Shown: positions 13,820 through 23,743, counted from the whole stretch's first letter. The stretch is DNA of 63,418 nucleotides, filler included, from Octopus bimaculoides (GCF_001194135.2; 8 parts of 7 records of this genome joined end to end with filler, not necessarily neighbours in it); one strand, 5' to 3'. Numbers and translations are program-made. Notes: generated by a model from the letters alone, not told the origin.

Positions 13820-14502
13820 TGAATCTTTTCTGCAGCTCACAATCAATATAGCTGTGCAATGAAATATTACCTGGAAGCTGGTCTTGCTGCATCAAACTAC
13901 TTTTCCATTCCAGTACCTCACCCTATATATGATGAACAGGTAAGTTAATTAGTTTCTCTTCTGTCATGATGAATGATCTGTTGAAACAACCAAGTGTGTG
14001 TGTGTGTGTATAAGATTTCTGTAACATATATTTCTTTCTTCAGTTCCTCATAATCAATAAAGAAAATATTTTGAAATGTTCAGTCCATCTTTTTTTTCTC
14101 TTATTTTCCCAAACAGGTCTACAGAAAGATGATCAAATGTTGTTCCTATCTCCAGTGTCACACACAGGTATGGCATTACATTACTCTCACATTAGTTAGC
14201 TACCTGTCTGTCATAGTCTAATTGTTTTGCAGTCATACTTACTTTGGTCACACTTTATGTATCTGCCACACTTATATTGTCTGTTAGGGACACTGACATG
14301 GTGTACCCATGACGCTCACAGTGTCTGTGCACCACACTCACCTTCTGTTGTTGGTGCTTCCAGTACATTCTGTAAAGTGGTTGGTATTGGGAAGGGCATC
14401 CAGCTGTAGAAACCAAGTCAAAGCAGACTAGGGAACAGTGGTTCCCAACCCTTTTATTTAAATGAGTTTTCCCACAGACCCCTTTTAATATCCTTGTCCT
14501 TA

Positions 14503-14533
<31 letters not shown>

Positions 14534-15392
14534 TTGTATGTGAAATTTTGAATTTAGATCACGGACCCCCAGTGCTATCTTTGTGGACCCCAGGTTGGGA
14601 ACCACTGCTATGGAACCTGGCGTGGGCCCTGGCTTTGCTAGAATGGAAAACAGACATTAAATGATGATGATGATGATTGTGTATCTCATTTATTGTCTCT
14701 GTTGGCCAAACTCATCTGTGATTTACATATTGCCTGCTGGCCACACTTGCAGTGTGTATCTGCCGCACATTATCAAATGACAGGATGATGGTGATGACAT
14801 TTGCGATGACACTGATGAAGATGATGATGCTGCTGCTGTCCATAATGTCGTGTTTCTTTCAATCGAACAGGTTGCCATCCTTTGTCAGTTTCTTGAAAAC
14901 ATTGACTACACGACGGCGTTCAAAGCCCTTCAAGAGACGACCATCTACGATGCCCAAGACATCTACTACTACTTCATCTGGGACCTCAGCATTCTGGAAT
15001 TCCTCTCACGTATCCTTTATTTATTTATTTATTTTTTTTTTTTGGTCACAAACCACCTGAGACACTTCATCTTCAGACTGCATTTCTAATTAAATGTTGT
15101 TGTTGCTGTTTTAGCCCTAGGTCGATCCTCATCTTGTAGACTTGTAACCAGAAATTTCCTGGCCATGAACAAAATGTCTTCTTTTCACACAGTATATCTA
15201 GGACTACATTATCTAATGTACAATTTTTTTTGTAAGACAGTGTGTGAAATGATGAAGATTTAACTGCTATTTCTATTTCCTGTGTTGGCTCTTCTACCAT
15301 TGCTGTTCACTCCAAGTCAGCTTTGAACTATGCTGTCTCTTTTTATTCATACATAATCTATATAAATTCACCCTCTTGTCATACCCAGGAAC

Positions 15393-15465
<73 letters not shown>

Positions 15466-15642
15466 ACGATGGGTTTCTTTCAGTTTCCATCTATCAAATC
15501 CACTCACAGCTTTGAAATCCACTCACAGCTTTGGTCAGCTTAGGGCTATAGTAAGAGACATGTGCCCAAGGTGCCACTCAGCAGGACTGAACTCAAAACC
15601 ACATGGCTGTTGAGAAGCGAACTTCTTAAGCACATAACCAAC

Positions 15643-15682
<40 letters not shown>

Positions 15683-16379
15683 CTGAGCCCACTTGCTGAT
15701 ATGCACATGTACATACTTAACACAGATGTGCACCCCCCGCCCCTACACCTCAACCAGATGTACATAACAACTGAATCATCATCTAACCGTTGTTGTTGTT
15801 GTTAAGTCAGCGCAAAAATACCAGATAAGTTGTTGACTCACAAATTACAAACACACGCCAATGTGGTTGTCGTGGTGATTATGAAAACAGTAGCAGTGAC
15901 ATACCTTTATAAGGATTAAGGCAGAGGTGGTGTCGTCAGCAGCGGCAGCAGCAGCAATGATTGTTGTTGTTGTTGTTGTTGTTGTTCAGCTTGAACGCAA
16001 ATAGAATCTGACTATTAGCTATGTTTGTCCGAAACGTTGGTCTTTTGACCTGTTTCTTTAGAAATTTCAAGTGTTTGAATCTAAATTTGGAGAAATACGG
16101 AAAAAAAACTGAGACTCTCTACCATTCTATATTATTATATTTATGTTGTTATTATTATTGTTGTTGTTGTTGTTGTATAAAAGATGTTTTCTTTAAGTAA
16201 ACAGGAAGTATTATTCCGGTTTCTTTTCATCTCCACACCTTAGGTAATGCTCGCAGGCTACCATTTCCTTCTGACCAATATCGGTTGATTACCATGTAAA
16301 AGAAAAACCACTTGGCACCAGAAACTAAATGGCTTCATCTTTTGCCTGTTGTTGTTATTATTATTATTATTATTATTAC

Positions 16380-16419
<40 letters not shown>

Positions 16420-19400
16420 AAGTCATCCTTCCGGGGGTCGATAAAATAAAGCATCAGTCAAGTACTGGGATTGATGTAATTTGATGACCCCCTACTGCCC
16501 CCACTCCCAATCTTAGACCTTGTGTGTATGTTAGAAGCAATTATTATTTCAACTGGCAGAATCATTAGCACGCCAGGTACAAATGCTTAGCAGCATTTTG
16601 TCCGTCTTTATGTTCTGGGTTCAAATTCTGCTGAGGTTGACTTTACCTTTCATTGTTTTGTGGTTGATGAAATAAGCGTCAGTTGAGCCCCGGGGTTGAG
16701 GGAATCAACTTACTCCCTCCTCAAAATTGCTAGCTTTGTATCAAAAATTGTAATTATTATATTTATTATTATGAAGTGCTCCCTTCTGGGAGTCAATAAA
16801 ATAAAGTGCCAAGGTTGATGTAACTCAACCCCTTTCCATCCCCGATCCCAATTTTAGGCTTTTCTGTGGATGTTCGAAAGGATTATTATTCAAGCTGACA
16901 GACTCGTTAGAGCATCAGACAAAATGCCTTGCAGGATTTCTTCTCACTCTTTAAATTTCAAGTTCAAATCCTGCTGAAGTCAGCTTTGCCTTTTGTCCCT
17001 TTTGCCTTGATGAAATAAGACACCGGTCAAGTATTGAGGTTGATTTAATTGATTAACCGCCCCCTCTCCTCAAAGTTACTGACCTTGTGCCTAAATTAAA
17101 AAGAATTATTATCAGGTATGTTGATCCAGAGGTGTTGGTTTCAAGTGGATTGAGACCATAGAACCAACCAGAGGTGGCTATCGCAGGTAGATTGATATCA
17201 TCAGACCAACCGGAGGTGATGGTCTCAACTGAATATCTAACCCCCACCCCTGTTATATTTATGTAATTTCTTGTTGTGTCCGTGGCGTAGTAGATGGGTG
17301 GTAGAGTCGGTAGGATGTTGGAGGAAATAGTTTGTGGTATTTGGTGACAATGCTGACAGACTGAGATCAAATCCTAACCAGGCCAACTTTGTATTTTATC
17401 CTCAAGAGGGATAAAACGTATGAGGGTATGCTGAAAAGTTCCTGGCTTTAAAGGTATCTTGAAAGGCCTGGCTGGAGGCCCAACCTTCCAAGTTCTTTTA
17501 TAAGTCTCACAAAAACTGAAGGACCGCTGCAATAAGTGTGTGAATCTGAGAGGGGAATATGTTGAATAAAATCATAATTAACTGATCCTCCTGTATTTTC
17601 TTTTGCACAAAGTTAGGAACTTTTTAGTACTCCCTTGTGAGTACTTTTCACCAAAATAAGAACTAACACAATCGCCACCATTTGCAGCATTACTGCCCTT
17701 CCTTCCATGACCACTGCTTGCGACCACAACTTTCAGCAAGACTGATAATGCTACCGTTTCCACCATCACCAACATCACACCGTTGTCACTATCAGTAACG
17801 ATGGTACAAACACTGCCTCTGATTCCATATTCCTTGCCCACCCTACCCCACCCCAGCTCTCCACCCATCACCATTACTATCATCATCCCCACCAACACTG
17901 ACTACTATCACTACCACCACTACCACCATCATCATCATCATCATCACCATAGCAGAGGATCTTCTTCCAACCCCCTCCCCACCTCTCTCTTTCTCACTCT
18001 TTCCTCTTCCACTTTGCAGTTCAGAAGACATCGTTATTCTGCCCCACCGTTATTATTGTTGTTTTTGATGCTGATGTTGTTGTTTTTGTTATTGATGCTG
18101 CTTGTGTTGTTGTTGTTGTTGATGTTCCTTGCCTTTCTTCTTAATTACTTCGTTACCAGTGACTCTCACGTTACCTGGGAGGAGTTTCCTTTTGATAACC
18201 TTTTGTCATCTTCTTCTGCCATTGTTGTTGTTGTTGTTATGCCCCCTTAGCATAGTCACGTGTTCTCCCCAATTACTGTAAAGATTGACTATTGTATTTC
18301 ATTGACCCCAGCTGACAGTTTGATAGAAATGGTACAGTGCCAGATTAAATGCCTTGGCTGGCTCGAGGCTGTAGTTGAACACAGGATAACAGGGTGGGCG
18401 CACCCATTGACTGGAACTGTTTATAGAGAATTACAGAAAAGAAAGGTCGGCTGTGGTGTCAATTACTTGGGACAGACCTGTGTTAAGAAGCTTGGTTCCG
18501 TGGGATTGAACACGGAACCATGTGATATGGAAGCAAACTTAATACATGTCCACCCTAAGTAATTGACACCACAGCCGACCTTTCTTTTCTGTAATTCTCT
18601 ATAAACAGTTCCAGTCAATGGCTGCGCCCACCCTGTTATCCTGTTATAGCACCTAAGCCACCCACTAGACAGCCACTCAGGATGTAGCAATCTAGATATA
18701 GCTGTTACCCATCCAACCAGCCACTCTGGCTTTAGCACCTATCCACCTGCTAGACAGCCACTTTGTTTATAGCCCATTTCCCCACCCTGTCCACCCTAAA
18801 TGTAGCCCCTCCACCACTTATCCACTCTGGATGTAGCCTCCATCCACCTGGCTATCTACCATTCCACCCTGGATATAGTGCCCCCCCCCCACTTCCCAAC
18901 ATCTATCCTTCCACCCTGGATGTGGCCACCCTTAACCACCTCCAGCCACTCTCACTCCAGCTGCAGAACAAACGAATTTATCTGAAAAACAAATCGGTGA
19001 AGAGAATATTGTTTTTCCTTTATTTATCTTCTGGTTTTATTTTATACCCATATAAATATATACACAAATATTTTATGCATACACACATACACACACAGAT
19101 ATGTATATTCCCCACGTACTCTCACTGCCTCCCCCTTCACTCCCACCAATCTGGTTTTCACCATGGGAGTGGCTGTTACTGCTTTGAGGATATTTTAGTC
19201 GTGCAATCAGGAAATAGTTAGCAGAATTAACTTGGCTAATTTATCAACGGCATCAAGTGCTTCCTCACCACCACCACTGCTACTGCTGCTATCACCCCCC
19301 CCCCACCACTGCTTTGTCTGTGGCTTTTACAGCTTCTTTTTCGAACTTACCATCATCACCATCACTATCACCATTATCATCATCATTAACACAACCGTTG

Positions 19401-21049
19401 CCATAATTATCATTCTTCATTATCATAATGTCTGTTTTTATGATGCTAATGGAACCGATTTTCTGCAGAATATATTTCCACATCTCTCCCTCCTCCTCTC
19501 CCCTCTCCCTCCTCCTCTCCCCTCTCCCTCCTCTTCCAGGACATGCTGTAAAATGGTTGACATTAGGAAGGGCATCTGGCCATGTGAAAGTATTGGGTTG
19601 TTCAAAACGTTTGTGCCAATTTTTAAAGGAAAGAAAAAAGTCAATAAATACTTGAATTGACTTGAGGTGGTTTCATGGCAAATAAGTCGAAAGGTAAGCT
19701 ACAATAAATCGGCACAAACTTTCCGGACAACCCAATAGATATTATAGCATGATGCAGTTCTGTGACCTTTCAGATCCTGTCAAACTATTCTGCCTGTGCC
19801 AGCATGGAGCAGGGCTGTTGAATGGCAATGATAACGATAATTCACTCTCTGTTAGAAACCCTTAATTCTGAACTATCTATGAAATTGAGCCCCTTGTTTA
19901 TGGTCAAAATTTAAGCCTCGATTCCCCCATACAATTGTTTACATCTTTGATTTCTCAAATATTTTGTTTCTGAAATTGTTTAATGTGGAAGATTATATTC
20001 TTTAACGAGCAGATTTACATGCTAAACGAGGAGAACAGGTTAAGAAACAACAAGTCGTAAGTATTTACTTTCTTCAGTTTCATTCTTTTCCACAACTCTC
20101 AGAGCATGAAGTGCTCCTCACGAATGCACGTTCGTGAGATTGTGATCTGGAAACAGTTTTGAGTAGGAAGTTTTGAAAGAGAAGTATGAACATGCTTCTC
20201 TCAGTTTCCATCTACCAAATCCACTCACAAGGCTTTGGTCGGCCCGAGGCTATAGTAGAAGACACTTGTCCAAGGTGCCACGCAGTGGGACTGAACCCAG
20301 AGCAACCATGTGGTTGGTAAGCAAGCTACTTACCACACACCCACTCCTACGCAATATATACACACACTGAAAAAGCACACCGCAAACTGCGACAAATAAT
20401 AAAACAGAAATAGAGTTTTCAAAATTTATTGTTTCTGTGCAGCCGGGTGATTAGGGTCCCCTAGTCTAAGGGTTATATCGATTGCGGAGTCATTAGGCCA
20501 AATCCTTGCAACATCTATTTTTGCATGGTCATCAACAAGGGACATAACTCTCCTGAACGACTCTAATCTCCATTGTCTTATTTGTCCAAATATTCGATCA
20601 ACTTACGTTATTAAAGTTATCTCCCTTCTTTGATTTAGATTCTAAATACCTTTTCCCTGAGGGAGATTTTTTTATTTGCCACCAGTTGCTCGACTGATTG
20701 AAAAATGTCAACTCACAAACTGGTTTTGTTCCGTGTTTCGCAGTTGGGTGGTTATTGATATTTTTTCTTTATTTTTTGTGCCAATGGCTGTGGCCAAGCT
20801 GTAGCATTGTCGTTATTTCTTTTGAAAAACGTCCGTTTCTAATTTTTTTCCTTTGATTTCCCTTTTTTTTTTAAAATTCTTGTTTTTAACGAAACGTTTT
20901 CTTTATTTTTTTTTTCTTTATTGTTGTTTCAGATGAAAGCTCTGGGCCAGATGGATTTGAATGTCTGCAACCCTGAAGACATTCTGCAAGAAGCAACTCA
21001 GCACCGCAAGAACAACTTCCTTCGTTCACTGGCCAAATTGTACTTATGA
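4975..21049 (+). CDS. INTS8: Integrator complex subunit 8, 5'-partial spliced CDS (17 exons, about 613 aa visible)
   Basis: Exons joined at GT-AG sites give 1843 nt with consistent phases ending in TGA at 21047-21049. The translation matches the vertebrate INTS8 C-terminal two-thirds as I recall it, e.g. QVAILCQFLENIDYTTAFKALQE vs QVAILCQFLREIDYKTAFKSLQE, and NPEDILQEATQHRKNNFLRSLAKLYL* vs NPEEVLQLAAQRRKKKFLQAMAKLYF*. Confidence 0.96.
5923..5987 (+). CDS. INTS8: INTS8 visible exon 2 (VLSHAIKASNDTQREYLKGFT)
   Basis: tttatttcag acceptor, GTGAGT donor at 5988; phase 0 in, phase 2 out, matching both neighbours. Confidence 0.85.
6189..6361 (+). CDS. INTS8: INTS8 visible exon 3 (YLAQLLPRETKFVALLTKSDVYSYLTETERVEMLNFEDREDVFCEEISCDYGTMSYP)
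   Basis: Long pyrimidine tract then ccccag acceptor; GTATGT donor at 6362; open frame, phase 2 in and phase 1 out. Confidence 0.85.
7174..7307 (+). CDS. INTS8: INTS8 visible exon 4 (DSVSAVSEAERQILYECNPQKVEDLIIKLTQKWGRHPNQIMALTD)
   Basis: Poly-T tag acceptor, GTAAGT donor at 7308; phase 1 in, phase 0 out. Confidence 0.88.
7816..7926 (+). CDS. INTS8: INTS8 visible exon 5 (WQVPKPLRQMLESMPSSMQQTYAYILVGKSRHCLKLK)
   Basis: aacag acceptor, GTATGT donor at 7927; resembles human WEVP...LVYILMAKGLHCSTVK. Confidence 0.92.
8469..8670 (+). CDS. INTS8: INTS8 visible exon 6 (AYNMARDLLTSAMMAIKDYNFALTKHHQYQMLLVDLYQAD...VRSGQ)
   Basis: CT tract then gatcag acceptor; GTTTGT donor at 8671; phase 0 in, phase 1 out. 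Confidence 0.88.
9633..9742 (+). CDS. INTS8: INTS8 visible exon 7 (DTPPTPEVVEQAAVFLLNVKDWEYLSNMEGSSNGFIE)
   Basis: ttttag acceptor, GTAAGA donor at 9743; resembles human EECVAFMLNWRENEYL. Confidence 0.9.
10408..10492 (+). CDS. INTS8: INTS8 visible exon 8 (VSLLLARACKEINGTKTARKPARDFWEA)
   Basis: ctgtag acceptor, GTATGT donor at 10493; resembles human LGQLLAATCKELPGPKESRRTAKDLWEV. Confidence 0.93.
11211..11341 (+). CDS. INTS8: INTS8 visible exon 9 (VGNIFSDNLSQKRSITGRETMIHRNNSLAVMSKESFCQFIKKIK)
   Basis: Long poly-T tract then ctccag acceptor; GTAGGT donor at 11342; resembles human QHKRGNDGRVSLIKQRESTLGIMYRSELLSFIKKLR. Confidence 0.92.
11815..11874 (+). CDS. INTS8: INTS8 visible exon 10 (EPTILSFLISCLTKLYNILK)
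   Basis: ttttacag acceptor, GTTAGT donor at 11875; resembles human EPLVLTIILSLFVKLHNVRE. Too short for the ORF track. Confidence 0.92.
12380..12441 (+). CDS. INTS8: INTS8 visible exon 11 (DNISSEIFSNYITIWPTNIN)
   Basis: ttgtag acceptor, GTAAGA donor at 12442; resembles human DIVNDITAEHISIWPSSIP. Confidence 0.92.
12997..13115 (+). CDS. INTS8: INTS8 visible exon 12 (SSAMDTAALAECVSLLMHHALSQDPLNPSWLRTEADIQF)
   Basis: ttgcag acceptor (tandem CAG-TAG-CAG), GTAAGA donor at 13116; resembles human YTLSINPNNHSWLIIQADIYF. Confidence 0.93.
13836..13939 (+). CDS. INTS8: INTS8 visible exon 13 (AHNQYSCAMKYYLEAGLAASNYFSIPVPHPIYDEQ)
   Basis: ctgcag acceptor, GTAAGT donor at 13940; resembles human ATNQYSAALHYYLQAGAVCSDFFNKAVPPDVYTDQ. 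Confidence 0.95.
14117..14167 (+). CDS. INTS8: INTS8 visible exon 14 (VYRKMIKCCSYLQCHTQ)
   Basis: aaacag acceptor, GTATGG donor at 14168; resembles human VIKRMIKCCSLLNCHTQ. Confidence 0.95.
14436..14607. mobile_element. hAT-type MITE in an INTS8 intron
   Basis: Terminal inverted repeats CAGTGGTTCCCAACC ... GGTTGGGAACCACTG; 8-bp flanks ctagggaa / ctatggaa (7 of 8 identical) fit a hAT target-site duplication. Confidence 0.85.
14871..15009 (+). CDS. INTS8: INTS8 visible exon 15 (VAILCQFLENIDYTTAFKALQETTIYDAQDIYYYFIWDLSILEFLS)
   Basis: gaacag acceptor; ends at the U12-type donor GTATCCTTT (15010); strongest similarity to INTS8. Confidence 0.96.
17419..17638 (+). mobile_element. Internally deleted mariner-type element
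   Basis: Degenerate TIRs (tatgagggtatgctgaaaagttcctggcttt / aaagttaggaactttttagtactcccttgt); retains the transposase C-terminus-like KLKDRCNKCVNLRGEYVE*. Confidence 0.75.
18381..18644. repeat. 88-bp inverted repeat (87/88 identical) with an 88-nt spacer; probable MITE
   Basis: 18381-18468 is the reverse complement of 18557-18644 with one mismatch; the spacer includes a family-B SINE-like fragment. Confidence 0.9.
20013..20056 (+). CDS. INTS8: INTS8 visible exon 16 (HLHAKRGEQVKKQQV)
   Basis: Follows TTCTTTAAC-gagcag; GTAAGT donor at 20057; resembles human YLHHKRGETDKRQIA; phase 1 in, phase 0 out. Confidence 0.93.
20933..21049 (+). CDS. INTS8: INTS8 terminal coding exon (MKALGQMDLNVCNPEDILQEATQHRKNNFLRSLAKLYL*)
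   Basis: Long T-rich tract then tttcag acceptor; TGA at 21047-21049; resembles human IKAIGQTELNASNPEEVLQLAAQRRKKKFLQAMAKLYF*. Confidence 0.95.
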   Translation: MKALGQMDLNVCNPEDILQEATQHRKNNFLRSLAKLYL

Positions 21050-22699
21050 TGATGACGACGACGACGACGATGATGATGATGATGACAACAGTGATACACA
21101 AGTAGCAAGAGAGAAGGAAAGAGAGAGGATGATGGTGGTGGTGGTGGTGGTGGTGGAGGTGCTTGAGAAAAGGCACGAAGGAGAAGTGGACAGCAAGAGA
21201 AAGTGGAGACGACGGTGGGGGTGCGGGTGTGGGGTGGAGATGAGGGGAGGAAGAGGATAAGGGCGATGTGGTGTGTGTGTGTGGGTGGAGGGGATGAGGG
21301 TGGTGGGATCATCTTGTTGGTCCCAAATTGATGATACTTGAGAAAAGTTTGAAGTCTTCTCTGTGACACTAAGTTTTGTTGAAACACATTACCAACTTCC
21401 TGCCAATGATTGATACATTAGTAGTAGTAGTAGTAGTAGCAGCACTACTACTACTACTACTAGTCTTACTATCTCTGCTTGAAGTTCTCTTCATGACACA
21501 AATCTTAACAATATTTTTTTTTTTCTGGTCTTTCATTATTTCCAGACAAAAGAAGTTTTTGTTGTTTCCAAAACATTAAAAAAAACAACAACAACAACAA
21601 CAACAAAGAAAATGAACATAACAACAGCAGAAAACTTTCAACTCCCCTCCCCCACTCTTGCCAACATCTTTCTCTTCTTTCATTATTGTCTTTGTTTATT
21701 TAGGTTTTTATGTTTGCATAAGCCTTTCTACTATTGGTCAAGGCCTGAAATTTGGGGGAAGCGGACTAGTCGATTACATCACCCTCAGTGCTTCAGTGGC
21801 ACTTAATTTATCGACCCCGAAAGGATGAAAGGCGAAGCCATCCTTGGCAGAATTTGAACTCAGACCATAGCTGCAGATGAAATACCGCTAAGCATTTTGG
21901 CCAGCATGCTAAAGATCCTGCCAGCACACCACCTTAGCATACATAATAATAATAATAATAATAATCTCATCCACTGGCATGGTGCCACATCCCTCATTAC
22001 TGCATCATCCCCCCACCTCTCAGTTGTGGTGGTCTTTTCTTGCAAGTTACTTGGTGACCTCAGCCAGTGTTACATAAAAAGCATCCAGTACTCACTGCGA
22101 AGTAGTTAGTGTTGGGAAGGTTATCCAGCCATACAAATCATACCAAAGCGGATACTTGGAGCTTGGCACAGCCCTCTGGCTCATCAGCGTCTGTTAAACC
22201 AGCCAACCCATTTCGTCATGGAAAACAGATGTTAAACAGGGATGAGGATAAGAGACTCTAGAACTGTGATGAGTGGGGGGGGGGGCCTTTACTCCTAGTT
22301 TAGTATAGTAGGGTGCAGCATAGGTTACTTATCCTTAAATCAGAGATGTGGATGCAATACATCCAACAGAGTGGATGCCTCTAAAGCTAATCAAGGACCC
22401 TGGGTGGGGTGTTAGGAGTGTTAAACCAGATAAAGGATTCAGCAATGCTTGTGAAGACAAAAGCATTTCTCTCTCTGTCTCTCTCTCTTTCTTGTTCTTT
22501 CTGCCTATTTTAATTTTTAATCCACTTTTGTAATTTTATAATCATTGTAACAAACAAGTATCACAGTTCCATGATTATTTCTCATTAATCCATCAACTCA
22601 TTAAAGAATTATTCACACTAACTCATTAGGAGTATTTCAATGTCTTGTTTTCTCTTCTAAAGTAATAATAATAATAAAAATCGAAATCAAATCAAATTC

Positions 22700-23150
22700 A
22701 CAAATTCAATGACTGGCACCCGTGCCAGTGGAGCGCTAAGAGCACCATCCAAGCGTGATCGCTGCCAAAGCAGCTGACTGGCTTCCATGCCAGTGGCACA
22801 TAAAAAGCACCATTTGAACGTGTTCATTATCCGCGTTGCCTTACTGGCACATAAGAAAACATTCGAGCAAGGTCGTTGCCAGTGCCACTGGACTGGCCCC
22901 CGTGTAGGTGGCATGTAAAAAAACACCTTTTGAGCGAGGCCGTTGCCAGTACCGTGTGACTGGCCCTCATGCCAGTGGCACGTAAAAGCACCCACTACAC
23001 TCTCGGAGTGGTTGGCATTAGGAAGGGCATCCAACTGTAGAAACTCTGCCAGATCAGATTGGAGCCTGGTGCAGCCTTCTGGCTTGCCAGTCCTCAGTCA
23101 AATCGTCCAACCCATGCTAGCATGGAAAGCGGATGTTAAACGATGATGAT
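22700..23150 (+). mobile_element. Interspersed repeat ending ...aacccatgctagcatggaaagcggatgttaaacgatgatgat (RTE-tail-like SINE/LINE 3' end)
   Basis: Related pieces at about 7465-7660 (-), 14340-14670, 19520-19840, 22100-22240, 24110-24370 and 33330-33600; ends in a (GAT)n tail. Confidence 0.7.
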
Positions 23151-23167
23151 ATATATATATATATATA

Positions 23168-23629
23168 TATAACAAACTTTGGTTGTAGAACAAACAACAA
23201 ATTTAAGGTCATCCAACTAATATATCACATCTCGAACATTTAATCCCATATAAAGAAACATAATGCTTTTTCTATACATAGAATACGGATGTACAAAATC
23301 ACTGAAGATGAAACAATACTTCATTTAAACAGGCATATATTTATTATTTTATTTTAAGTTTTATAATATATAAAAAATAAAAATTTTTTCTAGACACTGA
23401 AGTATTAATTTATTGATTTTTAAAAATATATTTTTTATACGCAATAGACTGTACTCACATTTTTCTATATGCCTGTCTAAATGTTTCATCTTCTGTGATT
23501 TTGTACATCCGTATTCTATGTATACAAAAAGCATTATGTTTCTTTATATGGGATTAAATGTTCGAGGTGTGATATATTAGTTGGATGACCTTAAATTTGT
23601 TGTTTGTTCTACAACCAAAGTTTGTTATA
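23168..23629. mobile_element. Foldback/MITE element with about 165-bp inverted arms
   Basis: 23168-23340 pairs with 23466-23629 apart from a few substitutions and one indel of about 8 nt; very AT-rich spacer; TA at both ends. Confidence 0.85.
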
Positions 23630-23711
23630 CTCGTCTCATTTACTTGAACATTTCTCTTGCAGTCCTATTAACTCTCTTGTTCCTAATAAGAAACAATCAC
23701 TATTATTATTG

Positions 23712-23743
<32 letters not shown>

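Larger units (their letters stand above)
15010..20012 (+). other. U12-type (minor spliceosome) GT-AG intron of INTS8
   Basis: 5' end GTATCCTTT matches the RTATCCTTT consensus. The 3' end has TTCTTTAAC (19998-20006), one mismatch from TTCCTTAAC, then GAGCAG with no pyrimidine tract. Removing the intron restores an INTS8-like peptide of the expected length. Confidence 0.85.

Noticed and set aside
15073-15300. 75-aa minus-strand ORF at the start of the U12 intron
   Set aside because: Short, no homolog recognised and no supporting splice or promoter context; within chance for AT-rich DNA.
17114-17121. AG|GTATGT resembling a recursive splice site inside the U12 intron
   Set aside because: It has no real pyrimidine tract (it follows a SINE ATT tail), and a U2-type ratchet is hard to reconcile with U12 ends.
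20961-21260. 99-aa ORF with poly-Asp overlapping the last INTS8 exon
   Set aside because: It is an alternative frame of the exon running into 3' UTR microsatellites.
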